Source: Paraphysomonas bandaiensis (Eukaryota; Protista; Chrysophyceae). From it: a DNA stretch of 64,000 nucleotides. Every line of letters begins with the position of its first letter. Positions within the stretch are counted from its first letter, which is position 1. The notes under the pieces are model-generated. The model was not told the origin of the DNA. It worked only from the letters and a program-made list of their open reading frames with translations, and made no database searches. Below are positions 25,316 to 43,050 of this stretch, one piece after another. The translations under genes and the position numbers were made by a program. The stretch is taken from positions 1 to 64,000 of the forward strand of contig CBFFRP010000080.1 of assembly GCA_965644295.1 (NCBI GenBank), given 5' to 3'.

Positions 25316-25436
25316 AAGTCGAGGTAATGCCAAAACCTGGTAAAGCGATTTCACCATTATGTTTCATATCTAAGTATTGAGTTATTATTTCACCAAGTTT
25401 TATACATTTCACCAGGTTTTGGTATTACCTCGACTT
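25316..25436. mobile_element. MITE with ~25-bp TIRs and apparent 4-bp TSD (caat)
   Basis: aagtcgaggtaatgccaaaacctggt...accaggttttggtattacctcgactt; second partial copy at ~50396-50471. Confidence 0.8.
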
Positions 25437-25466
25437 CAATACTGGTCACACATATCAATTACTAGA

Positions 25467-25723
25467 GTATTCACTCAGTTCAACATATACACCACTCAAT
25501 CAACACACGTAATACACAATCTCTCAGCGGTACAACATACACATACTGAGTATTCACTCAGCTCAACGAGAGACACACGTTGTATATCGATATTCATAAT
25601 AGCTACCAGTGACACAACCAAAACAGTACAGTACATGTCACATACTATATATCATGATACAGTATTCACCCAGCTCAACATATACATCACTCAACCAATA
25701 CACGTCATACACTATCTCTCAGC
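25467..25723. repeat. Degenerate direct repeats (~63 bp, two full copies and one partial)
   Basis: agtattcac(t/c)cag(t/c)tcaacatatac...tctctcagc at ~25467 and ~25661; partial at ~25549. Confidence 0.75.
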
Positions 25724-26004
25724 ATTAAGATTTACTATTACTTATAAAATGCCATTAAGACCTAAAGTATACAATTAAATTATTGTGACTATATAAGAAT
25801 CATGACAAGAGGAAAAATATGATAAAACAAAATATATATGTACGGTGTTATTCGACGTTTTTAGTCTTAACTTTTAAGATATAAGGAATTTTCTCTGTCA
25901 GACTTGATAACTTTAGATAAGGGTTACAATATCCAACGTTAACGACTTTTGCTTTACTTCAAATATTCATCAAAATATATATTATATAATATATAGTAGT
26001 GAAT

Positions 26005-26468
26005 GCCTTGTTATTAGCAATAGGTGTCTAAGAGTCAGTGCTTAACTCTGATAATATCCTACTATTTAACGCTACGAAAGCTGCTTGTGCGTCACCACAA
26101 GAACCAAAAGAGCCAAGGTGCAACTACTTTCGCTCAATCACTCAAAGCAAACGCAGTGAGCAAGCAGAATGTTGATATACCTGACATCATCTGCTGACTT
26201 CAGGATTGAGTCCTTAAGGGGAACAGCCCGGATGCTTGACTTCAGGATTTTTTACTTCAACAGGCAGCCCGATACCCCGTATGCCCTTGAGGTGGGCCTG
26301 TTTATTCGTCAAGGCCCAAAGATGTCTACACAAGCATTTAGCTATGAGTGGGCAGAACAATATCTGCTGGCTATATATGCGGCTCACGTTAGTTTCTCGG
26401 AGCAATATCTCCGGTGCTTATCCCCGAGAACACCAAAAAGAGGTACGAGTCCAACTTTGTTGACGGAA
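26005..26468 (-). mobile_element. SINE-like family copy, near full length
   Basis: Colinear with 59053-59555 including the head (gagtccaactttgttga). Confidence 0.88.
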
Positions 26469-27274
26469 TAAAAAATATATATGAATGTAATATATGGGGA
26501 CTGTTTACGATTGTGCATCATTATTAATTGGCGAAAGTACAACTAATGCTTGTCACTTGTCACCATTTTATTTAATTGAGTGCTGCGTTAACTGAGTTCC
26601 GTTATCTCTCTTTAAGTTAGTAATATATCAATTATATCAAGGTTTGACATTGTATATATGAGGAGTATGAACTTAACAACAGAAGAGGTAAACTTATACT
26701 CAATGCTGAGAATTACAAATTAAAATCAACATCTCTTATCATTCACCAATTTCATGTTGTCTCTACTACCACTCATTTCTCGTACGATCTTACTTCGTCA
26801 CTACAACTTGCATCGTCACTATACTATTCCGTTTTACTACTATATACTTATATTTACCGTCATTCATTCTCACAGTACGATTAATAAAAATATAACTGTA
26901 TCCTACTGTAATTTAAATACGTTTTAACTACAGCTTTCAATTGTTGTCATATAGCAGAACTCAACAAATTACTTACGGCCTATATAAGATATATGGATGT
27001 ATATAATACAACGAAATATGGTTGGTTTTAGATCTCCTAATAGATTTGTTGTGTTAGCTGTTTGTTATTGTATCCGCGTCTAGGCGTACAAATAGTTTTG
27101 GTTTTACCAGAAACTCTATAAAAAGAAGTCTATTCATAGACACCTTCATTAATTCATTGCTATACTATCTTGCCAAAGAATCCAGCTATTTCGTAGCATA
27201 TTGTTAACTTGTATATTCAATAGCCGCTGACCATAAATGGATCCCTACTGCAGTAGCTTTGAATACAGACCTAT

Positions 27275-28287
27275 TCAAATATCTCCGCTTGACGCTTCTG
27301 ACTTCTTTCTCTCTGCATCTAACTCCTTCTGAATCTCGTCAATTAGATACTGAACCTGTTACATTGTTGTTAGTGCGAAGGGCAGAGATATACTGACATG
27401 ATGCAATATTTATCAACCTCTGCATCCGACAGGATAGTGTGTGTAATCTTGTCATCCACTCCCTTACGCAGCACAGAGAGCTCGATTCTGTCAGGGCTGG
27501 GACTTGCCGAATCAAGAGTCTTAAGCAAAACCTTGACTGAAAGTTTTAGATTGGCATCTATGGAGTTGTTCTCGACGAAGTCTGTTTTGAGAATGCTCTT
27601 GCCCGCCTGGTTGTTTTGGCCTGGGAACGAGAAGTATATCTGTAAAGACAACATGCAAACGAGAGAAGAGAAACTTACCAATCACTGTAGCTTTCCAGCC
27701 ACTGAAGTTTCCAGAGGGGTCACTCTGGTAGAGCTGGAAACCATAGTACCTATCCCAACCAGCAAATACAAAGGCTACCCCGAATGGACGCAGGCCGCCA
27801 AACTGTGTATAAGCCTGTTTATAATTGCATACAGACTTCACGACCTGTTCAACTGGCATGATCTCTTGATAGTTATAAAGGTACCTATGGAAACGAGTTA
27901 TTCACTTATATCTGTAACCTCAATGATGTGTTGCAGTCAACCTCTGAGATCCTAATCTTGCTTGATGTATAAGAATATTGGCATCCGCAGTTAGGCCAGC
28001 AACAAGACAAGAAACGTGGTCATCGATTATGTAGGTCTTCTCGCTTGTTTTGGAAGGCTCCAACAACTTCGAAACAGTGCGCTTTTCCGCAGCCAGTACG
28101 ATACCTTCCGATGATTGTAGGCCAACACAAGTTCCTGCATTATTAATTGCCTCAATCGCATACTCCACTTGATGGAGGCGCCCTAATTTCCACAATAAAC
28201 AAACACGTCGGTTAGAATACTAATAAATAACCATTTAATACCTTCTGGGGAGAATGTTGTGGTTGACTGATCGTACCTTCGGGACAT
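27275..28287 (-). CDS. PSMA4: 20S proteasome subunit alpha-3 (PSMA4/PRE9), multi-exon
   Basis: [16 protein letters not shown]|[12 protein letters not shown]; [12 protein letters not shown]; [12 protein letters not shown]; [20 protein letters not shown]. Confidence 0.96.
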
Positions 28288-28914
28288 ATTTGCTCAGACA
28301 GATTGAAGCCGCTTCAATATAAGTGCTAAACAATTACAAATACAGAGTGATGAGAAACACTGATAATTGTAGATTGAATACCCTACGATGCAGTGTACAA
28401 AATACAAACGAAATAATACTCGTCAACTTAACCTGACGCTCAACTGTGCTGGCTGTGTTTAATAGCATGCATCATCATGTCTGTCTAGATGTGAAGGCTT
28501 TGTGCTCACGTATGGCAGTGTTGTACGTATACTGGTATACGTGGAATACATGCTGCTATACTATAACCATCCTTCAGGCCTTTATTGTCCAATCAACATG
28601 CTGTATCTTACACTGGTTGGCACAAGTTGGGCAGTACTGCTGAATCAAACTCATAAAATGACATTTTATTCCACTCATCCCATTCATACATGCAGCTCCA
28701 GGGACTTCCGCAGCAGTGTACGGATATATCGACTGTTTGCATCCTGACACTCCACTTCCTCCAACTTCGAAACAAATAGTAAACAGCCAGACACATTGGC
28801 TACAGATCACTGTTCATTTCAGTCCTGTTTTGGAATTTGGGGAGCTGGGCGTTGTGTCATTTACAGACGGGATTCTAAGTGTTTTCGCGATATATAAACT
28901 ACCTACTCTGAAGC

Positions 28915-29318
28915 ATGGATAAAACAGAGACTAGCAACCCCGAATATTCAGAATTTTACAGACACACCACAGTCGGAACAGCCCTGATAAATTCATTAAC
29001 GTCAATGATTAAAAACGAAGAAATTACTGAAGAGGAAGCAGCGGTTGTATTTCGTGATTTCGAAAGAACTTTTATATCAAGAATGCGGGAAGCGACTGCC
29101 AACAACTTAATCGATAGTATTCAAGTACAGGTATCATTGAATATTGTTTAGTTCTTCGCTTGATATTTCCTTATTCGATTAAGGCTAAATTAACGAGCTA
29201 TAACAATTCTACACAGCATTGGCGAATCGATGCAGAAAATGCTGATGTGAACGTCGGAAGTAAATCTGTAAATGTTTCTTTGCTTAGATTGATATTTGAA
29301 TCCGACATATCTTCATAA
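28915..29318 (+). CDS. TFIIA gamma (small) subunit-like protein (intron 29131-29183)
   Basis: YSEFYRHTTVGTALINSLTSMI..EITEEEAAVVFRDFE resembles the TFIIA-gamma N-terminal helices; exon 2 AKLTSYNNSTQHWRI. Confidence 0.72.
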
Positions 29319-30374
29319 CGCTTTATTCAACGAACTTCTATGGCACACAACTTGTAGTATAGAAATACCGGAGGTCTACGTAGTACTCATATCAATACTT
29401 TGCCTCTACCCACCTTTAAAAGTAATATCAATGAAAGCTCCTTGTTGTGGATCACCGAATCAGATTCATGGAAGAAAGAAAGACCTTCTAGACTACAAAC
29501 CACAAAACTGGAAAGAATGGCCTTATAACGGCAGTTTTCAACTTGTGGATTACAAATATACACATGGACGTCATTTGGTGGTGTAAATAATAAGAAACAA
29601 GAAATACATTCTTCTGAGTGTTGACAATATATTGATATAATATTGCGGTGTTGTTAGGTTGTATATTATAGGAGTTACTATGAAATATTGCAGAATATAT
29701 TGTGTGTTAAGTGTTAATGGTAAACGATTTTTCGCAGAATGTTATTAGGTATTAGCTATAGGTTAAAAGTTAATCACCAGATGATATATTAATAGTATCA
29801 CACTTCTTAAAGCACCTTGTCGTAATAGATATGATACTCAAAGATAATACAGAACTATCAATTTCAACAACAATGTAAGAAACAGCAATATATAGCCAAA
29901 AATACTGCACTGATATCTACTATCCAGTCCGACTAATAAAATTTCTCTTAAAGTCTAGCTAATCTGTTAAACTGAACAGTGAAATATATATGCTAAATAT
30001 TAAAGATTAGAACCGCAGACAGCTTTAGTATTCATTAAAGTACTAGCAACTAGCAACCAGCACAGCACAGGGCATACAGTGATGTAATTCAATGATTCAA
30101 TGAGGAATATGTAATATTCAGTACAGTCATATTGTTGAAAAGCGCAAGCTTAAGGGTTACTACTTTCAACTTTTAATAATCACGCGACACATAACATGAT
30201 TAGCTACATGGACACACGACGAGTTGGGTGTTTTATCTTACCCAATCTACATGTCCTAACACAAACAACTGGCGGTCCTTGTTTTCGGCATATGTCTCCT
30301 TATATGCGGCATATCTTTAGGGCCCTTTAAGGCCCTGTTCACAGCGGCAGCTTGTCTGGGGGGTAGTGAATGTC

Positions 30375-30605
30375 TGATTATTAGCAATAAACGTTTAAGA
30401 GTCAGAACTAGTTTAGCATTGCAATTTAACCAACTAGTATTTAATGCTACGAAGGCTACTTGTGCGTCACCAAAAGCACTAAGGTGCATCCACTTTCGCT
30501 CTCTGTTCTTAAGGTAAAGCCCAGATGCTTGATTTCAGTTGACAGCCCCATACCCCGGATGCCCAGAGATGTCTACACAATTATTTGACTAAAAGTGGGC
30601 AGAAC
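30375..30605 (-). mobile_element. SINE-like family copy (degenerate)
   Basis: gctacgaaggctacttgtgcgtcacc...gatgcttgatttcag...ccccggatgcc. Confidence 0.8.
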
Positions 30606-31528
30606 AATGTTAAAAGCACACTAATTTATCTAACACTGCTTGTAGAACAGTGTCTGAGTTATGTTATAATCAAAATGACCTGGGTCAGAAGGAACCAAGG
30701 CTAGGCAGTAGATGTATGTGTGGTACGACATAGCAGGTCTAATTACATAGTATTGTCATTGCCATGTATCCGTGAGGAAATTTCCCCGATGAGGAATACG
30801 TATGTTTCCCCAAGATATTATAACTGTAGAATACGTTAAATACAATGTATGTGATGAATGTAATTCAAGATTCGGAAGTTTATCAGAGATTGATATGAAG
30901 CAGGTATAAAATTATGGCGTTGATGTTCTTTGCATAATAATTGCCTATGCAATAATAATCATCTATCTTGTCTAACGACGTAACTTTCCTTTCACGACCT
31001 AAACAAGTAAAAATGTTCAAAAGTCAATAGTCTTCACGATCTAAAATCTGTTGACTTCAGGATTTTGGGGCCTTTAAGGCAAACTAATCCCGAATGCTTG
31101 ACGTCAGCATTCGTCCCAACACAGTCCCAAATACCACGTATACCCTTCTGAGGATTGGAAATGATGAGAAAACTGAGGAGGATTTGGTGAAAAATCGGTG
31201 TCATCTTAGGATGATGTATACTATGATATATGACGGCTTATTATCGTTTATTATTCTATACCTATGACCAGAAAAAAATATATATTGCAATTATATTATT
31301 TCATGCATTTTATCGCAATATGTATTGCTATTGTCGCTGAAAATATGATATTTAAATGTATTGAGATACACTGGTTTGATTTGAAACAATGAGGTGTGTT
31401 ATGAGATCAAGAGATCAACGTAAAGAGCTTCCAATGCATTCAGAAAAACTGATATGAAAAATATATATTACACCAACAAAAGCAAAAATAACGATTACTA
31501 AAGTCATCACATCAAACATATTGTACAA

Positions 31529-32563
31529 TTAGGCGCCAGTTGGTACAGCTTTTATTCGAATGGACTCCACAGAGAAAAATATATCTGTTGCCTTCTCAAA
31601 GGTGAAGAGGACCTAAAAGACAATTCAGAAGGGACATAAAGGAGAGATACTAGCTACATACCTGATCTCCAAATATTTTACTAGGAGAGCTACTTTCTGC
31701 CGCCGAATTTGTAAATTTCCTACTCTCGAATGAAAAGGTGGTAGTACTGTCCCTTTTCATTGGAACCATATTCACAGATCCCTCCACGGAGAGAGACATC
31801 TTCTCGATGCCACAACCAGTAATTCGAATCTGCAATATAAGAATTAAAATTGCAACAATTTGGATAACCGCTTACATCGACTATAAGCCAGCACAGCTTG
31901 AGATCTATTGATATAAATTGAGGCAACATACCAGTGGATACCCACCTTGTCATGAAGTCAGACCAGGTCGAAATATTTGCTGCACTCACCTGGAGTTCGA
32001 AGGACTTGACACAGAAAAAGGGTCCCAAAGTGGTAACCCAGGATCAAAACTAGAGCTGCTAAATTCGTATACGTCATCTAACTGTACGTACGAGACAGAA
32101 TGATCTTTCAAATTAATTGAATGATCCAGTGTTATCCGCTTTTCCTAAGACTAGGGAATCAAAGAAAGTGCGAAATAATATATCGAGATTACCTCCTCTA
32201 TAACATCAAGGTTGTTCATAGACGGTCTTCTCAGTCGAGCACTGATTGGACGAATAGGAGATTTCGAAAAGTTGCACTGCAACTACATAGACTGTCAGTG
32301 AAAATCAAGCAAGAAGGCATATTTCGATACCTTTTCTGGTTCATATATTGTAGAATGAGCTGCAGCAACATTATGAGTTCCGTATTTCTTACGTGTATAC
32401 TTTCTATCGGGGCTGTCTAAACTGCTCAAACTATCGCGTATTATGGCTTTCCTATAATCGTCTTTGGCAGTACCCATCAGTCTAATGAGTTCTAAATCCA
32501 AATTAAATAAGGTCACCAGATATAGTACTGGATACTGCTAACACATACCGTTTCTTTCGACAT
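31529..32563 (-). CDS. Multi-exon gene with C-terminal IFT25/HSPB11-like domain (5' structure uncertain)
   Basis: SSSFDPGLP..RWVSTGMLPQFISID..FTFEKATDIFFSVESIRIKA parallels IFT25 WTTTGMFPQEFI..FIIVSAFDHFASVHSV; regular GT-AG signals. Confidence 0.6.
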
Positions 32564-33206
32564 CAAAGTTGTCATGTTCGTCGCTACCAAACTCGTCGTA
32601 CATACACCTGTTGCTGCCTCCAATACAAGGGCGAACTACAGAATCGTTTCACTTCACTATGAAGTCTGTACAAGACTAATGAAATTAGTTTTTCATATGT
32701 ACAGAGAGGGAGAGACTGTGGTAGGACACGGGCTTCTCAGTCGGTTCCAATGTATGTTTGAAATGCAAGCAAGAGAGTGCATTGGCATGACCACAGTGGT
32801 ACACAAAATACATCACTCGCATACATATTGTATACATATTATACACAGTAGTACGACACCCTAAGAGAAGTACGTATCCATGCTCTGCACTGACGAAGGA
32901 CATATCTGCTGCTGTTGTACACCTCTTTGTACTACAATCTGTACTACACGTATACCAGAGCGTGGTTGTTGTATTATTATACTACGAATGACTTGTACAG
33001 CAATGTGCGAGAGCTATAGCGACCTACACCTACTGCACGCACATAGCTGGCACGTGCACAGAGCAGAGTGTAATATGTGCCTGTCTAATCAATAAGATAC
33101 ACACGTCCATATCTCCATACAAGACTTGGCTTTGATTACTCATCATATCGAGCCCATTTACTCCGTCTACACCCCATTTCTTCATCTTTTAATCGTTGTT
33201 GCGGGT

Positions 33207-36958
<3,752 letters not shown>

Positions 36959-37999
36959 GACAGTGATATCGAAAAATGTCATGATATGCAGTTGCTCGTG
37001 TAGGAAGTATGCATTATGCGAAATTCTATTTTTGAATTACAAGTGCTATTGGTGCTACAGTAAATAAATGATTTCATAATGTTTGACTTATCTTACAAGC
37101 GCATCAATGAAAGTGTACATGTTCCCTGAGCTCGTACTGCGTTAGTAAAATTGGTCTTCTACTGGTACACAAATTTATCTGTCGATATCAGTTCCATTGT
37201 GTTCAGCTGTATGATAAATAATGTGTTGTGCAAGTGAAGATAGTTGGTACCGTCAAATAGGTAAACTCAGAGAGGCGGAATAATTTAATCAAGTTATCTA
37301 AGAGATTGACTATATGTGATATCTTCAGCATCGCTCGAAAGTCTGTTTCGAAGGCTTCAAAGTCTTGCAGACGTGCTGGATACTGCGGAACATCCCAAGA
37401 GGGAAGTATAAGCGACAAATTATCGAGGTGAGATGATAATCGTTTGCATTGATCCAGTGTTAACTCCTGGATAGGGTTTTTGGAGACAGGAAGAGCCATG
37501 CTAATGAGTAAAAGGGCAAACAAAGGTTATAGATCGCGAGAATCCGCTACCAAGTTGAACTATAAAGTATAGACTTGGTGGAAAGAGAATAATGATTAGA
37601 GATTACGAATGTAACATGTCGATACATTGTACTAAGTGTGTGGATATGCATGCATGTGATGTGATATCCATTCATTCAGGATACGTCGTACGTATGTAAT
37701 AAGGAAACTACGGAAGCGAAGTTTATACTATTGACTTAAAAAGTTGCGATAAAATGGAAGAATCCATCAACAATGTAATGACATCACTCTGATTTCTGAT
37801 TATGTTGAATAAACAATAATTTAATATGTATTATTTAAGTATGTGGATATATATTATATATTATATATTATACACATATATTATAACATATATGATATAA
37901 ACTCTTCAGTGATGTACAGAATACATTTATTTCATAGTTTGTACAGAATTGATAGTTTGTCTATTTATGGTGCATAATATTTTTTATTCTGAAATAGAG

Positions 38000-38140
38000 A
38001 ATGTCTGATTATTAGCAATAGGCGTTTAAAAGCAAAACAATTTAACCAATTGATATACTACTATTAGGCGCTACGAAAGCTGTTTGTGCGTCACCGAAAG
38101 CACAGAAGTGCAACAGCTTTAGCTCTCTGTCCTTAAAGTG
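38000..38140 (-). mobile_element. SINE-like family 3' fragment
   Basis: attattagcaataggcgttt...gctacgaaagctgtttgtgcgtcaccg. Confidence 0.8.
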
Positions 38141-39227
38141 TATGTCCTTATATTTTAACATGTATGTTACGATGAATATTCAAGTGTAAGTTTTAGACAG
38201 AATAATATATTATATTATTAATTAGATCGCTAATATATATTATGGTTGTCTCTCATAGCACTGATCTCTGAACCCAACAGAATCGTTCAAAGACTGTGTA
38301 TATATTTTATATACTTAAGAAATCGAAACTACTTCCTTTGCGTGTGTCAAAAAAATGTAAACTGAAGAAGACTTTATAAATTACGAACACAACAATTCAA
38401 AATACATACTGCTGTGTGTATATTATACATAATACGGTGAGAACTTTTTTCCGCACGACTGCATATTATAATCTTTCAAACATAATCAAAATGCATTAAA
38501 AACACATCAAAATGCAGCTCCTACTACACTACTAGAGTTTAAACAGAGCGCTGTCTAATAATAGTCAGCAGTATCATTTGTAATATATTCCCAGGTTTCG
38601 ACCGTTTCACCAGCAGGTTTATGCCCAAGTCGAATTTTTACGTTTTTATAATAATATTATTACTATAATTACCTGCATAATATTATAGTATACATACATC
38701 GCAATAATATATTATATATATTATCTCTTTACATTTTATGGGAAGCGGACCAGTATGTATGTATGTATGTAGTGAATAAGCCTTTCGACGCTGCTCGACC
38801 CCTGAGAAAAATACTACTACGAATAAATAAAGGCTAAAGCTGTCGTGTGGACACACAGGAAGGACGAAGCGATGATGACACTGATGTCGCTTAGGCATTT
38901 TCCTCCTGAGCCTATTCTATGGTTCTCCGTATCATAATAAGGGGCACTAGCGTCACCCCGTCCTCCCTTCGTCTTTCCTGTGTTGTGGTTGTGTGTGTGT
39001 GAGTCCAATTTTCTCTTTTTAGTTATATACTACCATGTCAGTACAGATGTATGTGTAGACATATTAGTTATTTGAGCAATGATCGCCTGCAGCAAGATAT
39101 TATACAATATTATATGAAGCGAGGTTACACGTCTTGTGTGAATCATATTACCAATGCGGATTTTTCTTGGCGAGATGAACTCGAGAGAGTTTTGGGAAAA
39201 GAAAGATTTCACAGGGGCGTTTTATTG

Positions 39228-39333
39228 CAGGGCCTGGTAACCATTACGGTAATGGCATTAATGGCAATTATAATTGCCGGGAACTGGACTACCATTAATC
39301 CATTAATAGCCCATCAATGGTTACGAGGCCCTG
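39228..39333. mobile_element. hAT-type MITE, 106 bp, same family as 19738-19870
   Basis: TIR cagggcctggtaaccatt/aatggttacgaggccctg; TSD ttttattg/atttattg (7 of 8 match). Confidence 0.88.
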
Positions 39334-40155
39334 ATTTATTGTGCATATAAAATAGAAAATATATCCTGCTGCTAGAAACTTATTCCTGCTCCTGCTGTGG
39401 CTGGAATGGATAGTTATGAACGACTATTATATATTGGTCCAACTACCGCAGCTTGCTTCTTGTCGAAGCACAATCTAATGTTGTTAAGAGGATCTTAAGT
39501 CGTACAACGATGATTATGATACCTGAGCATAGAAACATGAATCCATATCATCTGGAAGCGTTACACTGTGGACGAGCATTCTGTTACAGCAGTGAGAGAT
39601 CACTCAACATTAGATATAACTGCTGGTCTAACTAATAACTAATGCACCACTTTGAGATAAGAAAGAGATAAAAACAACAAAATTGAACCAGTCTAATATT
39701 TTTGTTAGATGTTGCGCGAATTATACGATATATATTATAATACGTTATAGCTTGGAGTATCTCTATGACATACGTCTTCCTTCTATAAACGCCTAAACAA
39801 ATTAAACTTAATGAAAAGAATTACATGATCACAACAGTTTTCGATATAAGGCATAGTGATATACACATGCGTTTCATTTAGTGATGTAAATAATAAGAAA
39901 CAAGAAATACATGTCTATGATTCTGCACATGTAAAGTCGTTTACTTAATTACAGCTCAATGAAGCTGAAATAATCATTTGACCATTGACGTGCTTAAAGT
40001 AAGGTTGCTTGCAATATGTGAAAAATGTAATGTTCATGTAACTTGATACTGCTATACGACTTGGGAATTTCCGCATTACATTTCCATCTGCGCTACATTG
40101 TGCTCACATGTAGTCACACCACGTCTCTGGCATGTCGTATGTATGATTCCACATA

Positions 40156-40777
40156 TTACTCCTGATCCTCGGCATCATCCTCTTCAGCATCGCCCTAATA
40201 GCGCGTGAGATAATTACAAATCACAACACATCAGAGCAATAAGTAACCTCGCCATCTTTTTTGGGTTTCGCTTTCTTTGAATTCTCACGACGATATTCTG
40301 CATTGTCAATTTAAGTTTAATAGTATTAATATGAACATGTTCATAAACCTTCAAGAAATTCTTGTAGGGGAGCTTCAAAATCCTCAAAATCTAATTCCCT
40401 AGTAATTGATTTTCACAAACAATCAAGTATAAAAGACTATCATACCTCAAGGCACTAATTATATCATTAGAATATATAGTCTGGCGTTTATTTTCTTTAC
40501 AGAAATCGTTTGCACTGATGAACAGATAATTGTGACAAAAAATATATTACAGAAGTGATACGGCTCACCAGTGTGTTAAATAAAAAATAAAAACACCCGC
40601 CGCCCGCGTAAATGCAGCCTGGAAGCAATTACTCTGAGGATGTATATGGCATTAAGCACGCACCCTTGAATCTTTCGTGATTTGAGCGTTTTCAGGAAGT
40701 ACGGATTTAATTATCCTGTTAACGCAAGCTTGAGGCGGCTCAAATTCTGGTGCTTTCGAGTCACTGGCAGGTTCCAT
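40156..40777 (-). CDS. POLE3: DNA polymerase epsilon subunit 3 / CHRAC17 (Dpb4) histone-fold protein, 6 short exons, absent from the ORF track
   Basis: Manual splicing gives MEPASDSKAPEFEPPQACVNRIIKSVLPENAQITKDSR|AAFTRAAGVFIFYLTHC|ANDFCKENKRQTIYSNDIISALR|ELDFEDFEAPLQEFLE|EYRRENSKKAKPKKDGE|GDAEEDDAEDQE*. Confidence 0.88.
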
Positions 40778-41794
40778 TCTCAATGTATTATATCAATCAC
40801 TCAGGTACTCTCAAAGGCAGTGACGGCTAATATATCGCCCTCTGAGTCTCGTGTTGTATATACGCAACCAACCTCCACACTGGGGTGAAGACAATAAGAG
40901 TTAGGCGAAAGTATTATATACCTACACACTGTCTGTGTGGGGACTAACAGGAGCGAGTTTGCTTAGATGAAGAAATCGAGCTTGCTCTCCACACTTCAAT
41001 TTTTGAACACTCGCACATACATATACAAATCAATACGGACGTCATCATCAGCTCCAATCAGCAGTTGCAGGGGCAAAAAGGACGATAATCGTGAAACAAA
41101 AATCATGATTTTTTTTTACCATGAACAGGTGATTCCACTGCAGCGGAGTACCATGCCGGCATGTGCAAAAAATGCGTTTCATTTACTATGTTAAAAGCAC
41201 AGTATTTATCATCGAATATTGAAAAAGTCTATTTTCATGACTTTTTCGACCGTTTTGTTTTCCAACGCTAACTACGAGTGATGACAATTCATAGCAGAGA
41301 ACAAAAATATCACCATATTGCCGACATAATTTCTACAGCATATACAGTATATATACATTTTGAAGCTCATGACACGAACTTTCCAACCATGTATGTAACT
41401 TTTTAAAATATTCTATAGTTTTAAAGAAAATCAATTTTTTAGGTTTTTTTATAAAACCACCGATTTTTATACATGCCCATAAAATTACGGAAAAAACAAA
41501 AAAATAAATAAAAACAAGCTGAAGTGCTAGTAAATGCTCTCTACTATATATATGCAACGTATTATTACGTAAAAATTACTTTAAGTTAGTTTGTTTTAAA
41601 AAGTGCTGAGCGACCTCATACAACGGCTATCGAAATAGTTTTAGCAGACTAGCTATATTTTCAACTAAACAACTTGTTAGAGTGTTGTATAGTACTTCTA
41701 AAGTTGTACTAATAGTATCTAGTTAGTTTAGGTACTATATGTATCATAAGAAGTTGAAAAATTGAAGCTAATTGAACTGACTAATAGTTACTTT

Positions 41795-43050
41795 TTATTC
41801 CAAGTAGTCGTCATTATCACCTTGCCACACATCAAACTCATCGCCTCCCTTTACAACTAAATTATCAACTTCTACATCAGTATCATCCTCTTCATACTCA
41901 GCTAAGTGTATAACATCAGAATACACACCCTTCTCACGATATCTAAATTCTTGTTCCAACTCACGATATCTAACTCGGGCATGGATCAACTTGTCCATTA
42001 TTCTCCCAAATTTGACGTTCAGATATTCTACACTCAATGCGCTTATTACATTCCAAACGACGCTTAAGGTAAATGCGACGCTTATTTGTGATATTTGCAC
42101 TTTCACGACGAAGGCACAGCGTACGCATTTTCCAAACGGAAACCCATTTTGGTCATTCGATACCTTAGCTGATAATGTGTAACCTCAAGGTTGCGGACAT
42201 CCTTAAACCACTTCTGTATATCCGGCAACTCTACTGCTCTACCTTCCTCACTTCTGATACGCCAAACCTTATGTCAAACTTAGAAGATTAATAACCTTGA
42301 AGGGATTCATTACCACTGCTCGTATAGGACCTGTCCAATCCGAGTTAATGTATTTCATGCGCCCCGGATATATTGCTTCATAGCTGCTATGAGGAAGTGT
42401 AGTACCCTTGTTATCAACCCATTCTTTCCATAGGCTGTATAGCGTACTAACGCCAATACCTAAACAGTCGCTAGCGCGATTCATGACGTCTGTGATACTT
42501 CTCAGTTGATGGCCGTTATACATGCACCAAATTAACCTCAAAGACATGCTTACATCATCCATATACAGAGTAGTACCACTGTAGCGACTACTGGGGCATA
42601 TAAATTCCAATGGGTCCGCCTTTGGCTCAGATGGAGTGAAGATAGGGGCAGCATAGCGATGGGGTCTGCTAGGGGTCTTAACGGCAATCTCGGAGGCAAT
42701 TTCAGGGTTTAAATCATATAAATGATTGCTTCGACGCCCCTCCTGGAATATTTGACCTTATTCTTTGATTATGGGGGTCTGCCACGCTTAATTCGAGGTG
42801 TAGTGGTCTCATTCAGCACAGTGTCTCCATCAGCCTCTGAGTGATCTTGAAGGGATCTCTTTCACATAATAATTTTTTCCTCGACATCTAGGAGCCCCTG
42901 TTTCACATATGATGCTGTCTGCCGATACGCGAGTTCACTTCCTCCTCCAAAAAAAAGTGCCCATATCTCACGAGTCACCATAACGAAATGTTCAGCATTT
43001 AATGGACTATTTTGTGTTAAAAGGTTCATGACCATATATAGACGCACAGA
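41795..43050 (-). mobile_element. Decayed transposase-like coding remnant with HTH motif
   Basis: RASDCLGIGVSTLYSLWKEW is HTH-like; broken ORFs without evident splice structure; family not resolved. Confidence 0.4.

Noticed and set aside
29540-29610. Sequence shared with ~39855-39912 (tgtaaataataagaaacaagaaatacat) as a common 3' regulatory element
   Set aside because: Opposite orientation relative to the adjacent genes; more likely a fragment of a dispersed repeat
37203-37560. 106-aa minus-strand ORF convergent with the kinase
   Set aside because: Coding-like composition but no recognisable motif or reliable start; left uncalled
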